This document shows, piece after piece, positions 8,676-19,392 of a DNA stretch of 64,000 bases. The notes under the pieces were generated by a model, which saw only the letters and a list, made by a program, of their open reading frames with translations, had not been told where the DNA came from and did no database searches. The translations under genes were made by a program, and so were the position numbers. Source of the DNA: Chitinophagaceae bacterium (GTDB lineage Bacteria; Bacteroidota; Bacteroidia; Chitinophagales; Chitinophagaceae); assembly GCA_031397865.1 (NCBI GenBank), contig JANNMN010000021.1, forward strand, positions 15,441 through 79,440, read 5' to 3'. Position 1 is the stretch's first letter, and each line of letters begins with the position of its first letter.

Positions 8676-9140
8676 ATGGCCACTAAATTAAATCTTGATA
8701 ATCTTGACCTGCAGATCATTCATCAGATGATGGAGAATGCAGAAATATCTTACGCCGAACTAGGAAAGAAACTTTTTGTTTCCGGCGGCACCATTCATGT
8801 TCGTATTAAAAAATTACAAGAAGCCGGAGTGGTTAAAGGTACAAGGTTGAAGGCAGATCTGCGGCAACTTGGTTATGATGTTATTGCATTTATTGGTATC
8901 TATTTAAAAGAAAGTTCGCTGTATGATGCCGTGGCGAAAGATCTCCAAAAGATACCTGAGATTGTACGGCTAAACTATACAACTGGCAACTATAGTATGT
9001 TTGCTGAAATTGTTTGCAAGGATATTGTGCAACTGCGGTATGTGCTGCATGATCAGTTGCAAAAAATAAAAGGAATAGAAAGAACAGAAACATTTATTTC
9101 GCTGGAAGAAAGTTTTAGCAGGAATGTGAAAGTGATGTAA
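8676..9140 (+). CDS. Lrp/AsnC family transcriptional regulator
   Basis: 154 aa. N-terminal HTH ('LDLQIIHQMMENAEISYAELGKKL') and C-terminal RAM/AsnC_trans_reg domain. Confidence 0.9.
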   Translation: MATKLNLDNLDLQIIHQMMENAEISYAELGKKLFVSGGTIHVRIKKLQEAGVVKGTRLKADLRQLGYDVIAFIGIYLKESSLYDAVAKDLQKIPEIVRLNYTTGNYSMFAEIVCKDIVQLRYVLHDQLQKIKGIERTETFISLEESFSRNVKVM

Positions 9141-9174
9141 TGCACAATAATTTATTCTTCATAAAAATTATTTC

Positions 9175-9981
9175 ATGCCCGATCTACTTAATTTATTAAG
9201 CCGCTGGCGCAAACAAATACTGGCTGTTATGCTGCTTTCTTTATTAGCAGTAGGAATTATTACTTTTTTAAAACCCAATTTGTATTTATCTGTTGCCACG
9301 GCTGTGCCGGCTAGTTCATTTGCAAATGATAAAGCCAAAATATTTAATGATAATATACAAGGGCTCTATTCTACTCTCGGCTCAGCAGATGATCTGGATA
9401 GAATAATAGGTACGGCTAATCTTGACACTCCATATCTTGCCGTTGCAGCACAGTTCAATCTTTTTGATCACTATAAAATTTCTGAAAAAGGTGATGCGGC
9501 TATTACGAAAGCGGCAATATTACTAAAAGAAAATACGAAAGTGATGAAGAGTGAATACGGCGAAATAAAAGTAAAGGTGTGGGATACAGATAAAAAATTA
9601 GCTCCGCAATTAGCCAATGCAATAATGGAAAAGTTGCAATCTATTCACCAGGATATACAAGGCGCAGGTAATCTGGCTACTTTGAAAGGATTGAAAAAGG
9701 CAAAAGAAAGAATGAATCCGAAAGCGGACAGTGCATTTAGCCTGGAAGATGCTGCATTACACAAAGAAAAAAATAGGCAGTATGATAAAATGATCGAAGA
9801 GTATCAGTTAGTGGTCGATAGCAAACCACTTGTTTTGGTTACAGTAGAAAAAGCAAAAGAAGCCTTAAAGCATGATAAGCCAAAAAGAGTAACAATAATG
9901 ATTGCTACAGCAGTGCTTAGTTTCCTGTTTTCATTATTAGCAGCATTGGCATTAGAAAAAAGAAAACCTTTAGCGGAGTGA
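9175..9981 (+). CDS. Wzz-like polysaccharide chain-length-determinant protein (tentative)
   Basis: 268 aa. One TM near each end with a coiled, charged periplasmic middle. Its stop overlaps (GTGA) the start of the O-antigen-ligase-like gene. Confidence 0.5.
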   Translation: MPDLLNLLSRWRKQILAVMLLSLLAVGIITFLKPNLYLSVATAVPASSFANDKAKIFNDNIQGLYSTLGSADDLDRIIGTANLDTPYLAVAAQFNLFDHYKISEKGDAAITKAAILLKENTKVMKSEYGEIKVKVWDTDKKLAPQLANAIMEKLQSIHQDIQGAGNLATLKGLKKAKERMNPKADSAFSLEDAALHKEKNRQYDKMIEEYQLVVDSKPLVLVTVEKAKEALKHDKPKRVTIMIATAVLSFLFSLLAALALEKRKPLAE

Positions 9982-11420
9982 TTGCCTTTCTTAATAAAGA
10001 AAAGAATTTGTTTGTAGTCTTTGCTGCGTTGTTTGTATTGACTACTGCTGCCGCTTCATTTACCGGAAATTTATTAATAGTTGCAATTCCATTTGCAGCT
10101 ATTTTATTTTATGCGGGATGGCAGTATAAAAATTTTATCTTCTTATTACTGCTGTTTTCATTACCCCTTTCAGTGGAATATAATTTTTCCCCAAGCCTTG
10201 GTTCTGATATTCCAGATGAGTTCCTGATGTTATTTACTTCTTTTTTATTTTTTGGCTATTGGCTTTATTCGCCAAAAAGCATCTCAATGAAATTGATTCA
10301 GCATCCACTGGTGATTTTATTATCTATTCTAATAAGCTGGCTGATGGTAACTGTCATATTTTCTACCTATCCGCAAATTTCCGTAAAATATTTACTGGCT
10401 AAAAGCTGGTATATTGGTGCATTTATGTTGGCGCCCTTTATTGTTTTTAAAAATAAACAATCAATAGCTACTGCTGCAGTTGCTTTGATTATTTCTATGA
10501 TGTTGATTGTTGTGATTGCTTTAATAAAACATTGGCAGTATGATTTCAGTTTTGTAAACATTAATGATGCTGTGTCACCTTTCTTCAGAAATCATGTGAA
10601 TTACTCCGCAATGCTGGTTTGTATAGTACCATTGTTATGGGCCTGCTGGAAATTAAGTAACAAAAGGGAAATAAGAATACTGCTTGCTGTTTTAATGCTG
10701 ATCGTTTTAGTTGCACTATTCTTATCTTATGCAAGAGGAGCCTGGCTGGCTCTGCTAGTTGGCATCATTGCTTATTACTTATTAAAAAGAAGATTATTGT
10801 TTTATGCTTTTATAGCGGCAATAATTATAACCGTGGCCAGTTTATTCTGGTTAAAAGAAAATGACCGCTATCTGCAATATGCTCATGATTATAAAACTAC
10901 CATTTTTCATAAAAATTTTGATGAACACCTCGTTGCTACCTATAAATTAAAAGATGTATCAACTGCCGAACGTTTTTACAGATGGATAGCCGGTGTAAGA
11001 ATGATAAAGGATAACTGGCTTACTGGTTATGGTCCCAATACATTTTATAATAATTATAAACCATATGGCGTTCCTGCATATAAAACATGGGTGAGTGATA
11101 ATCCGGAACACTCCACGGTGCATAATTATTTTTTATTAACTGTTATTGAGCAAGGCTTGCCCGGCTTAATGTTTTTGCTGATTTTATTGGGAGCCATGTT
11201 TTACTATACACAGCATTTATATCTCCGTATAAGAGATTTGTTTTACAAAACAGTAGTAGCGGCGGCAGGAGTTATTTTAACAATGATAATGGTAGTAAAC
11301 TTTCTCAGCGATCTGATTGAGACAGATAAAATAGGCAGCTTATTCTTTTTATGTTTATCAATATTAATAATAGCAGATGTTAATACAAGAAGCGAATCAG
11401 ATTCTTCCCCGAACATTTAA
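9978..11420 (+). CDS. O-antigen ligase/polymerase family (Wzy_C) membrane protein
   Basis: 480 aa, more than 10 TM segments. 'LSYARGAWLALLVG' motif and large loop are typical of the O-antigen ligase family. GTG start. Confidence 0.8.
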   Translation: MIAFLNKEKNLFVVFAALFVLTTAAASFTGNLLIVAIPFAAILFYAGWQYKNFIFLLLLFSLPLSVEYNFSPSLGSDIPDEFLMLFTSFLFFGYWLYSPKSISMKLIQHPLVILLSILISWLMVTVIFSTYPQISVKYLLAKSWYIGAFMLAPFIVFKNKQSIATAAVALIISMMLIVVIALIKHWQYDFSFVNINDAVSPFFRNHVNYSAMLVCIVPLLWACWKLSNKREIRILLAVLMLIVLVALFLSYARGAWLALLVGIIAYYLLKRRLLFYAFIAAIIITVASLFWLKENDRYLQYAHDYKTTIFHKNFDEHLVATYKLKDVSTAERFYRWIAGVRMIKDNWLTGYGPNTFYNNYKPYGVPAYKTWVSDNPEHSTVHNYFLLTVIEQGLPGLMFLLILLGAMFYYTQHLYLRIRDLFYKTVVAAAGVILTMIMVVNFLSDLIETDKIGSLFFLCLSILIIADVNTRSESDSSPNI

Positions 11421-12482
11421 CGCATCTCGTAATCCATTGCCCAATAAATTAAAAGCAAGTACTAATAACATAATTGCAAAACCAGGAGCAAGAGCCAGCA
11501 TGGGGTTTTGTGTAATGATGAAGTTGTAATTTTCTTTTATCATCAATCCCCAGCTTGGCATGGGTGGTTGCACACCAATGCCAAGAAAACTTAGTCCTGC
11601 TTCGATAACAATGGCTGATGCAAAATTGCTGGCAGCAATAACCATTACTGGCCCCATAATGTTTGGCCAGATATGCCGCACTATTATTCTGAAGTTAGAA
11701 AATCCTAATGCCCGGGTGGCTTCTACATATTCCAATTCTCTCACACCTAGCACTTGCCCTCTTACTAATCTTGCTACATTCACCCACATGGTTAAGCCGA
11801 CGGCAATAAACACCTGCCAGAATCCTTTTCCTAATGCCAGCGTAATGGCAAACACTAATAATAAAGTAGGAATGCTCCAGATCACATTGATGAACCACAT
11901 GATGATATCATCTACACGGCCACGATAATAACCGGCTAAGGAACCAAGCAATAAACCAATGCTGAGTGAAATAATAACAGTAATAAGACCTACACTTAAA
12001 CTTACTCTTGTGCCAACGATAATGCGGCTTAAAATATCCCGTCCATACTTGTCAGTGCCGAGGTAAAACTTTTTTGTAATAACAGGTGTGGAAGCTGCCT
12101 GATTTATATGATAGGCTTGTCGTTCACTTACACCTTCATCTATAAATTTTTGAATAATAATGCTATCCCCTTTTTGATCATGACTTAGGATGGGCATATA
12201 ATAATATACATCTTCTTTGCCTGAAGCCAGTTGTTGAAAAAAACTAGTGGTCGCAACATCCTTGTCTTTTTTTATTTTAATAAAACTTTGTTTGAACCCC
12301 GGCTTCTCTCCACCAATTTCTAAAATAATGCGATTGGCAAATGGAGATGGATCTGGTGCAATGAAGTAAGCAAAAATGGCAATGAGTACTGCAATAATAA
12401 TTACAATCAATCCCAGGACAGCCCCTTTGTTTTTTTTAAGTCGCCGCCATGCTGCTGATTGGAAAGATTGGGATGCATTCAT
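11397..12482 (-). CDS. ABC transporter permease (DppC/OppC-like)
   Basis: 361 aa. OppC-type N-terminus and a binding-protein-dependent permease core with an EAA-like loop ('YVEATRALGFSNFRII'). No partner ABC genes lie adjacent. Confidence 0.85.
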   Translation of the reverse strand: MNASQSFQSAAWRRLKKNKGAVLGLIVIIIAVLIAIFAYFIAPDPSPFANRIILEIGGEKPGFKQSFIKIKKDKDVATTSFFQQLASGKEDVYYYMPILSHDQKGDSIIIQKFIDEGVSERQAYHINQAASTPVITKKFYLGTDKYGRDILSRIIVGTRVSLSVGLITVIISLSIGLLLGSLAGYYRGRVDDIIMWFINVIWSIPTLLLVFAITLALGKGFWQVFIAVGLTMWVNVARLVRGQVLGVRELEYVEATRALGFSNFRIIVRHIWPNIMGPVMVIAASNFASAIVIEAGLSFLGIGVQPPMPSWGLMIKENYNFIITQNPMLALAPGFAIMLLVLAFNLLGNGLRDALNVRGRI

Positions 12483-12616
12483 GAACGGAAAGATAAGCTA
12501 AGAGGTTAAAAGAGAAAATGAGAAAAAGAGAATTCTGTTTTGATGTTAAGGTTTTTGCTAAACTAAGTGAATTTAGAAGTAACTCTTTTCCTCTTTTTAC
12601 TCCTACTCCCTTCCTC

Positions 12617-13744
12617 TTAGCTCACTTTCCTCCCCTTCCATTCATACTTACCAAACTGCCCCAATAGCCCAGAGATAATGGTATATAAAATATGCAGCGG
12701 CTGAAAAAAGAAAAACAGTCTGATGGCCCATTGCTTATCAAAGAAACGAGATAAGGCGATAAAGAAAGGAAATTCTATAATTGTTTTGGCCATCCATAGT
12801 CCGGCGAGATACAGCCAATAATACCAGCAAAAGAAACCGGCTATTGCTAATGCTAAAAATGAACAATTAAAAAGATAGACTAAGAGTAAAACGAAAAAAA
12901 TTCTTTTATCATCATAACAAACAGCTTTGCTGGCCCAGCGGATTCGCTGATTAAAAAATGCCTTCCATGTTTTTACCGGTTCGGTATAAACAATCGCATC
13001 TTTTGATTTAAGGTAATGAACAGCATCCGGATTATGTTTCCATATTTTATGCATCAGCAGCATATCATCGCCGGAGGCAATATGATCTATACCTGCAAAA
13101 CCATTTACAGAATGAAAAACTTTTTTCTCATAAGCAAGGTTGGCACCATTGCACATACTCATTTTCTTTTTATACACCGCCGCACCGGTAATGCCTTGCA
13201 GCACCATGAAATCCATGGCCTGGAAAACCTGCACAAGAGAAGGGGTACAATTGATGGCAACTGGTGCTGCAATAAAGCCTGCATTTTTTTCTTCTTTGAA
13301 AGCAGCAATTATGCTTAACCATTCTTCTGATGGTAAACAATCAGCATCGGTGGTTACAATCAAGTCGCCGGTGGCAGCAGCGATGCCGGTCTCAATAGCT
13401 TTCTTTTTATAAGAATTAATGCCATCTTGTTTTAATTGAATTAATCTTACGGAAGAAAATTGCTGAACGATACTGGCCGTATTGTCTGTTGAATGATCAT
13501 CCACTACAATTACTTCAAATAGCAATGATGGATAAGTTTGTTTTTGCAAAGCCTGCAACAGTACTTCAATATTTGCTTCCTCGTTTCTTGCAGGAATAAT
13601 CACACTGATTTTTATGGTGGGAGTTGAAACGGACGGTACATAATCAGGAATTGATTTCCAGGCCAGCGAATAATAAATTATCAGCAGGCTATAGCAAACA
13701 AACAGTACTATAATAATGTAGATAAGAATCATGTAATGGAACAA
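12617..13744 (-). CDS. Membrane glycosyltransferase family 2
   Basis: 375 aa. 'ISVIIPARNEE', 'VVDDHSTD' and 'TDADC' motifs, plus 'QRIRWA' (QxxRW) and flanking TM segments. Confidence 0.85.
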   Translation of the reverse strand: MFHYMILIYIIIVLFVCYSLLIIYYSLAWKSIPDYVPSVSTPTIKISVIIPARNEEANIEVLLQALQKQTYPSLLFEVIVVDDHSTDNTASIVQQFSSVRLIQLKQDGINSYKKKAIETGIAAATGDLIVTTDADCLPSEEWLSIIAAFKEEKNAGFIAAPVAINCTPSLVQVFQAMDFMVLQGITGAAVYKKKMSMCNGANLAYEKKVFHSVNGFAGIDHIASGDDMLLMHKIWKHNPDAVHYLKSKDAIVYTEPVKTWKAFFNQRIRWASKAVCYDDKRIFFVLLLVYLFNCSFLALAIAGFFCWYYWLYLAGLWMAKTIIEFPFFIALSRFFDKQWAIRLFFFFQPLHILYTIISGLLGQFGKYEWKGRKVS

Positions 13745-13851
13745 AGCTAATACCGATTCGCCATAACTAATAGTACAATAATAATATCATAAGATTTTGG
13801 CTCCCGGCATTTACTGCAATTTTGCGTTCTGTTTTTTACAATTAGTAAATA

Positions 13852-14673
13852 TCAGTGCAGCAAAGCAGGCAGAATTTCTTCTACATGCTTCTCATGTAGC
13901 ACCTGGTGACCAGCATGGATAACAGTAAGGGTACAATGATCTTCAATTCCTTTTTTAAATTTTTCACCAACGGAAGAAAGTATGATACGATCATGTTTGC
14001 CATAGAGCAAACGAACCGGGGTTTTATTTTTTGTAATCAGAGTTTTCACCTTCCTTAAATTGGGTTTCAATTTTCTCAACGTAGTCCATCGGGTGTACAG
14101 TAATCTTCGAACCTCTGCATCACCGATATAATAATTAACGAATTTGAAAATACTGGCATTAACGAGTTTTACTTTATTCAAGAGTTTTAAAAAGCCAAAG
14201 AACCAACCAGGTTTTTTCATGGTAAAGGCAAAAAATTTATTACCAATCCATGTTTGTGTGGCCAGCCAATACCAGGAATTTATTTTTAACCCATCGGGTG
14301 CCATTAAGAGTAACCTATCAATTTTCTCCGGCATAGATTGATACAGGCTGAGGGCAATGCGACCACCAAGGCTGTAGCCGATCAAAGTCAATTTGGAGGC
14401 TTGGGGTTTGATATTATCTTGGTTCAGGATTTCTTCAATGATAAGCTGAAGGTCTGAATGTGTAAAATTCATCCCATCATTCCACTCTGTTTTGCTATGA
14501 AAAGGCAGATCAATTGAATAGAAAGTATATTGATTACCAGCATAGTTGCCTAAAAATGCGAAGGATTTAGCTTCTTCCCCATAGCCATGAAAACAAACAG
14601 CCATTTTTGGTCCGGAACCAAAGCGATAATAGCTGATTATAGAATTTTTATAGGTAAGCAGGCATTGCTCCAT
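13852..14673 (-). CDS. Alpha/beta hydrolase
   Basis: 273 aa. 'FHGYGE' and nucleophile elbow 'GYSLGG'. His near the C-terminus ('AGHQV'). Confidence 0.8.
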   Translation of the reverse strand: MEQCLLTYKNSIISYYRFGSGPKMAVCFHGYGEEAKSFAFLGNYAGNQYTFYSIDLPFHSKTEWNDGMNFTHSDLQLIIEEILNQDNIKPQASKLTLIGYSLGGRIALSLYQSMPEKIDRLLLMAPDGLKINSWYWLATQTWIGNKFFAFTMKKPGWFFGFLKLLNKVKLVNASIFKFVNYYIGDAEVRRLLYTRWTTLRKLKPNLRKVKTLITKNKTPVRLLYGKHDRIILSSVGEKFKKGIEDHCTLTVIHAGHQVLHEKHVEEILPALLH

Positions 14674-14760
14674 GGCCGGAAGGTGCAGAAATATTTATGA
14701 AAAATTAAGTTGGTCTTTTCAAATATAATATTAATTTTGGATAGTTGCACAAACAACTAT

Positions 14761-15201
14761 ATGTCAAACAACCAATTTAAAAAAGGAGAACTGTACAGCT
14801 TTATCACAGGTAAAGCCTCTACAGCCATTGCCCGCCGCTTGCAAAAGAAATTTAATACTGCAGGGTTAAACATCACCATTGAACAATGGAGTGTACTTTA
14901 TCATTTATGGAAACAAGATGGCATCAGCCAGCAGGAATTATGTAATGCCACATTCAGAGATAAGCCGAGCATTACAAGATTGGTGGATAATCTGGAGAAA
15001 TTGAATCTTGTAAAAAGAGTGCCATCAGAACATGATAGAAGGATCAATTTAATTTTTCTAACAAAGCAATCATTGAAACTGGAAGAAGATACAATGGCAT
15101 TAGCAGAAGAAACATTGAATGAAGCATTGATATCCGTACCGCCGGAAAGAATAGATATATGTAAGGAAGTATTGCAGTTGGTGTATGATAATTTGAAATG
15201 A
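14761..15201 (+). CDS. MarR family transcriptional regulator
   Basis: Winged-HTH pattern 'ISQQELCNATFRDKPSITRLVDNLEKLNLVKRVPSEHDRR'. Start set at the internal Met (MSNNQF). Confidence 0.85.
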   Translation: MSNNQFKKGELYSFITGKASTAIARRLQKKFNTAGLNITIEQWSVLYHLWKQDGISQQELCNATFRDKPSITRLVDNLEKLNLVKRVPSEHDRRINLIFLTKQSLKLEEDTMALAEETLNEALISVPPERIDICKEVLQLVYDNLK

Positions 15202-15456
15202 GAGGGTGAATGGTGAATAGTGAAAGGGAAAAGTGGATTACCCCGAAGGCGTTCAATTAATATTGAAATAAAAAGTATAGGACACATCCCCTCCTCGGAA
15301 GGGCGAATTTAGGGAACCAAATACTATCAGAAACTGGAGTGGGTCAGCCGATTAGCGAACCGAACGATGAAGAGTGCGACGCAATTGGGATGATCAGGGA
15401 ACAGAAGCCGATAAAAAGATTATAATAAAAACATTAAACTTTTAAAATCTTAAACA

Positions 15457-17250
15457 ATGAGTATTGAAGCGGCAACAAACACAGTGTTGAAAGGCGGTGA
15501 ATGGCTGGTTAAAGAATCATCTCCCTTTGAAACTTTTATTCCGGAAAACTTTGGCGAAGAGCAATTGATGATTCGGGATATGTGTAACCAATTTTTGCAA
15601 AGTGAAATATATCCAATACTGGATCGTATTGATAGCCTGGAACCGGGATTGATGAAATCATTACTTACAAAAGCTGGTGAGCAGGGGTTACTGGCTACTT
15701 CTTTTCCGGAAGAGTTTGGTGGCCTGGGAAAAGATTTTGTTACTTCTACCATTGTTAATGAATACCTCGGTGCAGGTCATTCTTTTTCTGTTGCTATTGC
15801 TGCACATACAGGCATTGGCACATTACCCATTTTATATTTTGGTACTGCTGCGCAAAAAGAAAAATATATTCCAAAGCTGATTAGTGGTGAGTGGGCCGGT
15901 GCTTATGGATTAACAGAACCTAACAGCGGTAGTGATGCATTGGGTGCTAAGACTACAGCTAAGCTGAGTGATGATGGAAAACATTATTTATTGAACGGAC
16001 AAAAATGCTGGATAACAAACGGCGGATTTGCACAAGTGTATACGGTGTTTGCAAAAGTGGATGGAGATAAATTCAGTGCATTTATTGTGGATAGAGGTAC
16101 CGAAGGTTTTACACAAGGTCCGGAAGAACAAAAGATGGGTATCAAAGGATCTTCTACGGTACAATTATATTTTCAGGATTGTAAAGTGCCGGCAGAAAAT
16201 CTGCTGGGTGAAATTGGTAAGGGACATAAAATTGCTTTCAACATTTTAAATCTTGGCCGCTTAAAATTATGTGCAGCTGCATTGGGTGGAGCAAGAATGG
16301 CATTGACGGATACGGTGCAATATGCAAGAACAAGAGAGCAGTTTAAACAACCTATTTCCAACTTTGGAGCCATCAAACATAAATTGGCGGAAGCGGCTAT
16401 TAAAATATTTGTTTGTGAATCTGCCTTATACCGCACGGCTAAATGGGTAGATGATAAAGAAAGTGAATTGCTTGCTTCCGGCAAGCCGGAGAGTGAAGCT
16501 CTGTTAGGTGGCGCAGAAGAATTTGCTATTGAATGTGCCATGCTGAAAGTATATGGTAGTGAGGTATTGGATTATGTGGTAGATGAAGGTGTGCAGGTGC
16601 ATGGTGGCAATGGTTTTAGCGCAGAGTATAATATTTCAAGAGGGTATCGGGATAGCCGCATCAATCGTATTTATGAAGGCACTAATGAAATCAACCGGTT
16701 GCTTATTCTTGATATGACATTGAAAAGAGCTATGGGCGGAAGATTAGATCTAATGGGTCCGGCAATGGCGGTACAAAAAGAACTGATGAGCATTCCAGAT
16801 TTTGGTGCGGATGATGAAGCTCCATTTGCAAAAGAGAAAAAGTTAGTTGCCAATCTTAAAAAAGCAATATTGATAACCTCCGGCGCAGCCGTGCAAAAAC
16901 TAATGATGAAGATAGATACGGAGCAGGAAGTGCTGATGAATATTGCAGATATGGCAATAGAAACTTATAATGCAGAAAGTGTTTTATTAAGAGTAATGAA
17001 GATGACGGAGCAACAAGGTGAAGCAGCGATACATCTTCACCTGGATATTATGAGAACATACCTGTATGATGCAGCAGATAGAGTAAATAAATCGGGCAAA
17101 GATGCGATGAATGCATTTGCGGATGGTGATGAGCAGCGAATGATATTAATGGGATTAAAGAGATTTACCAAGGCAGAATCATTCAATAGTAAAGAAGCCA
17201 GAAGAAGGATTGCTGATAAAATGATAGCAGAAGGAAAGTATTGTTATTAA
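15457..17250 (+). CDS. Long-form acyl-CoA dehydrogenase
   Basis: 597 aa. 'YGLTEPNSGSDA', 'WITNG' and 'QVHGGNGF' ACAD motifs plus a C-terminal extension. Confidence 0.9.
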   Translation: MSIEAATNTVLKGGEWLVKESSPFETFIPENFGEEQLMIRDMCNQFLQSEIYPILDRIDSLEPGLMKSLLTKAGEQGLLATSFPEEFGGLGKDFVTSTIVNEYLGAGHSFSVAIAAHTGIGTLPILYFGTAAQKEKYIPKLISGEWAGAYGLTEPNSGSDALGAKTTAKLSDDGKHYLLNGQKCWITNGGFAQVYTVFAKVDGDKFSAFIVDRGTEGFTQGPEEQKMGIKGSSTVQLYFQDCKVPAENLLGEIGKGHKIAFNILNLGRLKLCAAALGGARMALTDTVQYARTREQFKQPISNFGAIKHKLAEAAIKIFVCESALYRTAKWVDDKESELLASGKPESEALLGGAEEFAIECAMLKVYGSEVLDYVVDEGVQVHGGNGFSAEYNISRGYRDSRINRIYEGTNEINRLLILDMTLKRAMGGRLDLMGPAMAVQKELMSIPDFGADDEAPFAKEKKLVANLKKAILITSGAAVQKLMMKIDTEQEVLMNIADMAIETYNAESVLLRVMKMTEQQGEAAIHLHLDIMRTYLYDAADRVNKSGKDAMNAFADGDEQRMILMGLKRFTKAESFNSKEARRRIADKMIAEGKYCY

Positions 17251-18029
17251 TTCAATAACTCTTTATCAAAATCAAGAAGAACTGTTCTGAAAGGAGCGGT
17301 TCTTTTTGTATCGGGGTACATTTCCGTTAATTCTTTCCGGGTAATTTTCAACTCAATCAGCTTGTGAATTCTTTTTCTTTCTACTATAATACCGGCTGTT
17401 ATAGATAGCGATGAAATAATAGTGGACATAAAGTAAACAAGGAAAGTATCCTGCACATACTCAGGTTTTACCGCATTGTTAGCATCAAGATGTGCACGGA
17501 ATACATAGTACAGCAAATAAATAATAGTGTAAGAACCGTAGGCAAATAATAAGCCGGATGCCATCAATGCTTTACCCGCCGCTTTGGGATGCTCAATGGC
17601 AATCTTTACTTTGCGGGTAAAGAAATAAACGCAATATCCAAACACCAGTGGAAGTCCGGGTGCATATATAATGGTAATGGCATTAATATTAAATCCCATT
17701 ATAGCGATGATAAAAGCCTCCCATATTAAGAAGGAAAGAATTATCATCAGCATTTTTTTAGTAAAAGCTTTTGATGGACTGAAATAAGTGAGAAAGTATA
17801 ACATCAATGGTACATCAAGCAGGTTATTCATTAATCCCCAATAATAAATCACATCACCCGAAGCTTTAATGTAACCTTCGGTAAGCAGGTTGTAAATAAA
17901 TACGGTGATATAATAAAATAGTAGTGCAGGAAAACTGCGATAGTTGCCCAGCCGTAGTATAACTATAAAAAATACCGGCAAGAAAAGTGCAACGGTTGAG
18001 ATAAAGCCTATAGTAGAATACAAATTCAT
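17247..18029 (-). CDS. Polytopic membrane protein, unknown function
   Basis: 260-aa ORF with about 7 hydrophobic segments. Converges on, and overlaps, the ACAD stop. Confidence 0.55.
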   Translation of the reverse strand: MNLYSTIGFISTVALFLPVFFIVILRLGNYRSFPALLFYYITVFIYNLLTEGYIKASGDVIYYWGLMNNLLDVPLMLYFLTYFSPSKAFTKKMLMIILSFLIWEAFIIAIMGFNINAITIIYAPGLPLVFGYCVYFFTRKVKIAIEHPKAAGKALMASGLLFAYGSYTIIYLLYYVFRAHLDANNAVKPEYVQDTFLVYFMSTIISSLSITAGIIVERKRIHKLIELKITRKELTEMYPDTKRTAPFRTVLLDFDKELLN

Positions 18030-18213
18030 GGTAGGTGTGTTTCGTAGGATTTGGAATCAAATTATACCTGTTGGGGCATATACAATATTAACGAGATATA
18101 AATGTACATAGTGCTTCGGCTAAATGGTTTATCGTAAAATCGAGTAGAACTATATAGCCTGCTCGTACTTGTACTGTAAATACTCAAGGAGTTTTTTTAA
18201 TTATCTTTAAGGG

Positions 18214-19392
18214 ATGTTACGTTTAATTATAATACTGATTTTTTTTAGCAGCGCAGTTGCTCATTCTCAAGGGGTTGCTAATAAGTACCTGACAGGTCGT
18301 ACACACGGCAGCTTACCATCCCTGGAGTATGGATTAGGAACCGACAGACTAGGTGCTGCCAAAATTACTTTTTTAGATACGGGTATATTATTACGGGTTG
18401 TTGATAGCTCTATCATAAACTATAAAGTGCAACTATCCACCAATCATTTTGCCTGGATGCCTAAAGTAAATTTTAAAAAAGACTCTTTATCAAAAGCACC
18501 AGTTGAATACCTCAGCAATAGTTGGCTGGTAAGTGGTGATAGTCTTTATGATTATGTATCTATTGCATTAGATGAAAAATTACCGTACAGAAGTATTCAG
18601 CAAATAAACCCTTCCCGCATCGTGGTAGATATTTATGGCCCCGCTAGTAATACCAATTGGATAACACAACGAACAACTGCAAAAGAAGTAAAGAATGCCT
18701 ATCATGAGCAAATAGAGGATGATGTGTTCCGGGTAATTATAGAATTAAAACATGCACAGCATTGGGGCTACAGTATTTATTACCAGAATAAAAGATTGGT
18801 GATTAGAGTAAAACGACAACCCATAGAATTAAATCTTAAAAACCTGAAAGTAGCCGTGGATGCCGGACATGGTGGTGATAACAATGGAGCCAGTGGAAAA
18901 AAAACCGGCATCGCTGAAAAAAAATATACACTGCTAATTGCACAGCAATTAGAAAAAGAATTGCGGGAAGAAGAGGCCACTGTTTTTATGACGAGAAATA
19001 AAGACACTGCCCTTAGTATGACGGAAAGAATAGTAATGGTAAAAGAACAAGAGCCCAATTTTCTTATCAGTATACATTTGAATTCCTCTGTAAAAGACAG
19101 TGTAAAAGGTGTAAGCACTTATTATCGGTACATCGGTTTCCGGCCGTTATCAAAATATATACAGGAACATATGCTGGAACTCGGACTCTCCGATTTTGGC
19201 AATATCGGTAATTTCAATTTTGCCTTAAGTGGTCCTACTGATTATCCTAATTGCCTGGTGGAAGTTGCATTTCTAAGTAACCAGGAAGATGAGCAACTTA
19301 TTTTAGATCCTGCATTTCATACAGCAGTAGCCCGGCAAATAGTAAAGGGAATAAAAGATTGGTTAAAGGCATGCAGGAAACAAGATGATTAG
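18214..19392 (+). CDS. N-acetylmuramoyl-L-alanine amidase (Amidase_3 / AmiC-like)
   Basis: 392 aa. Signal peptide. 'VAVDAGHGGDNNGASG', 'ISIHLNS' and 'LVEVAFLSN' Amidase_3 motifs. Confidence 0.85.
   Translation: MLRLIIILIFFSSAVAHSQGVANKYLTGRTHGSLPSLEYGLGTDRLGAAKITFLDTGILLRVVDSSIINYKVQLSTNHFAWMPKVNFKKDSLSKAPVEYLSNSWLVSGDSLYDYVSIALDEKLPYRSIQQINPSRIVVDIYGPASNTNWITQRTTAKEVKNAYHEQIEDDVFRVIIELKHAQHWGYSIYYQNKRLVIRVKRQPIELNLKNLKVAVDAGHGGDNNGASGKKTGIAEKKYTLLIAQQLEKELREEEATVFMTRNKDTALSMTERIVMVKEQEPNFLISIHLNSSVKDSVKGVSTYYRYIGFRPLSKYIQEHMLELGLSDFGNIGNFNFALSGPTDYPNCLVEVAFLSNQEDEQLILDPAFHTAVARQIVKGIKDWLKACRKQDD

Noticed and set aside
12501-12619. Apparent long purine-rich / pyrimidine-rich inverted repeat between the GT2 and ABC-permease genes.
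   Set aside because: Base-by-base pairing is poor beyond 5 bp. The similarity is low-complexity composition only.
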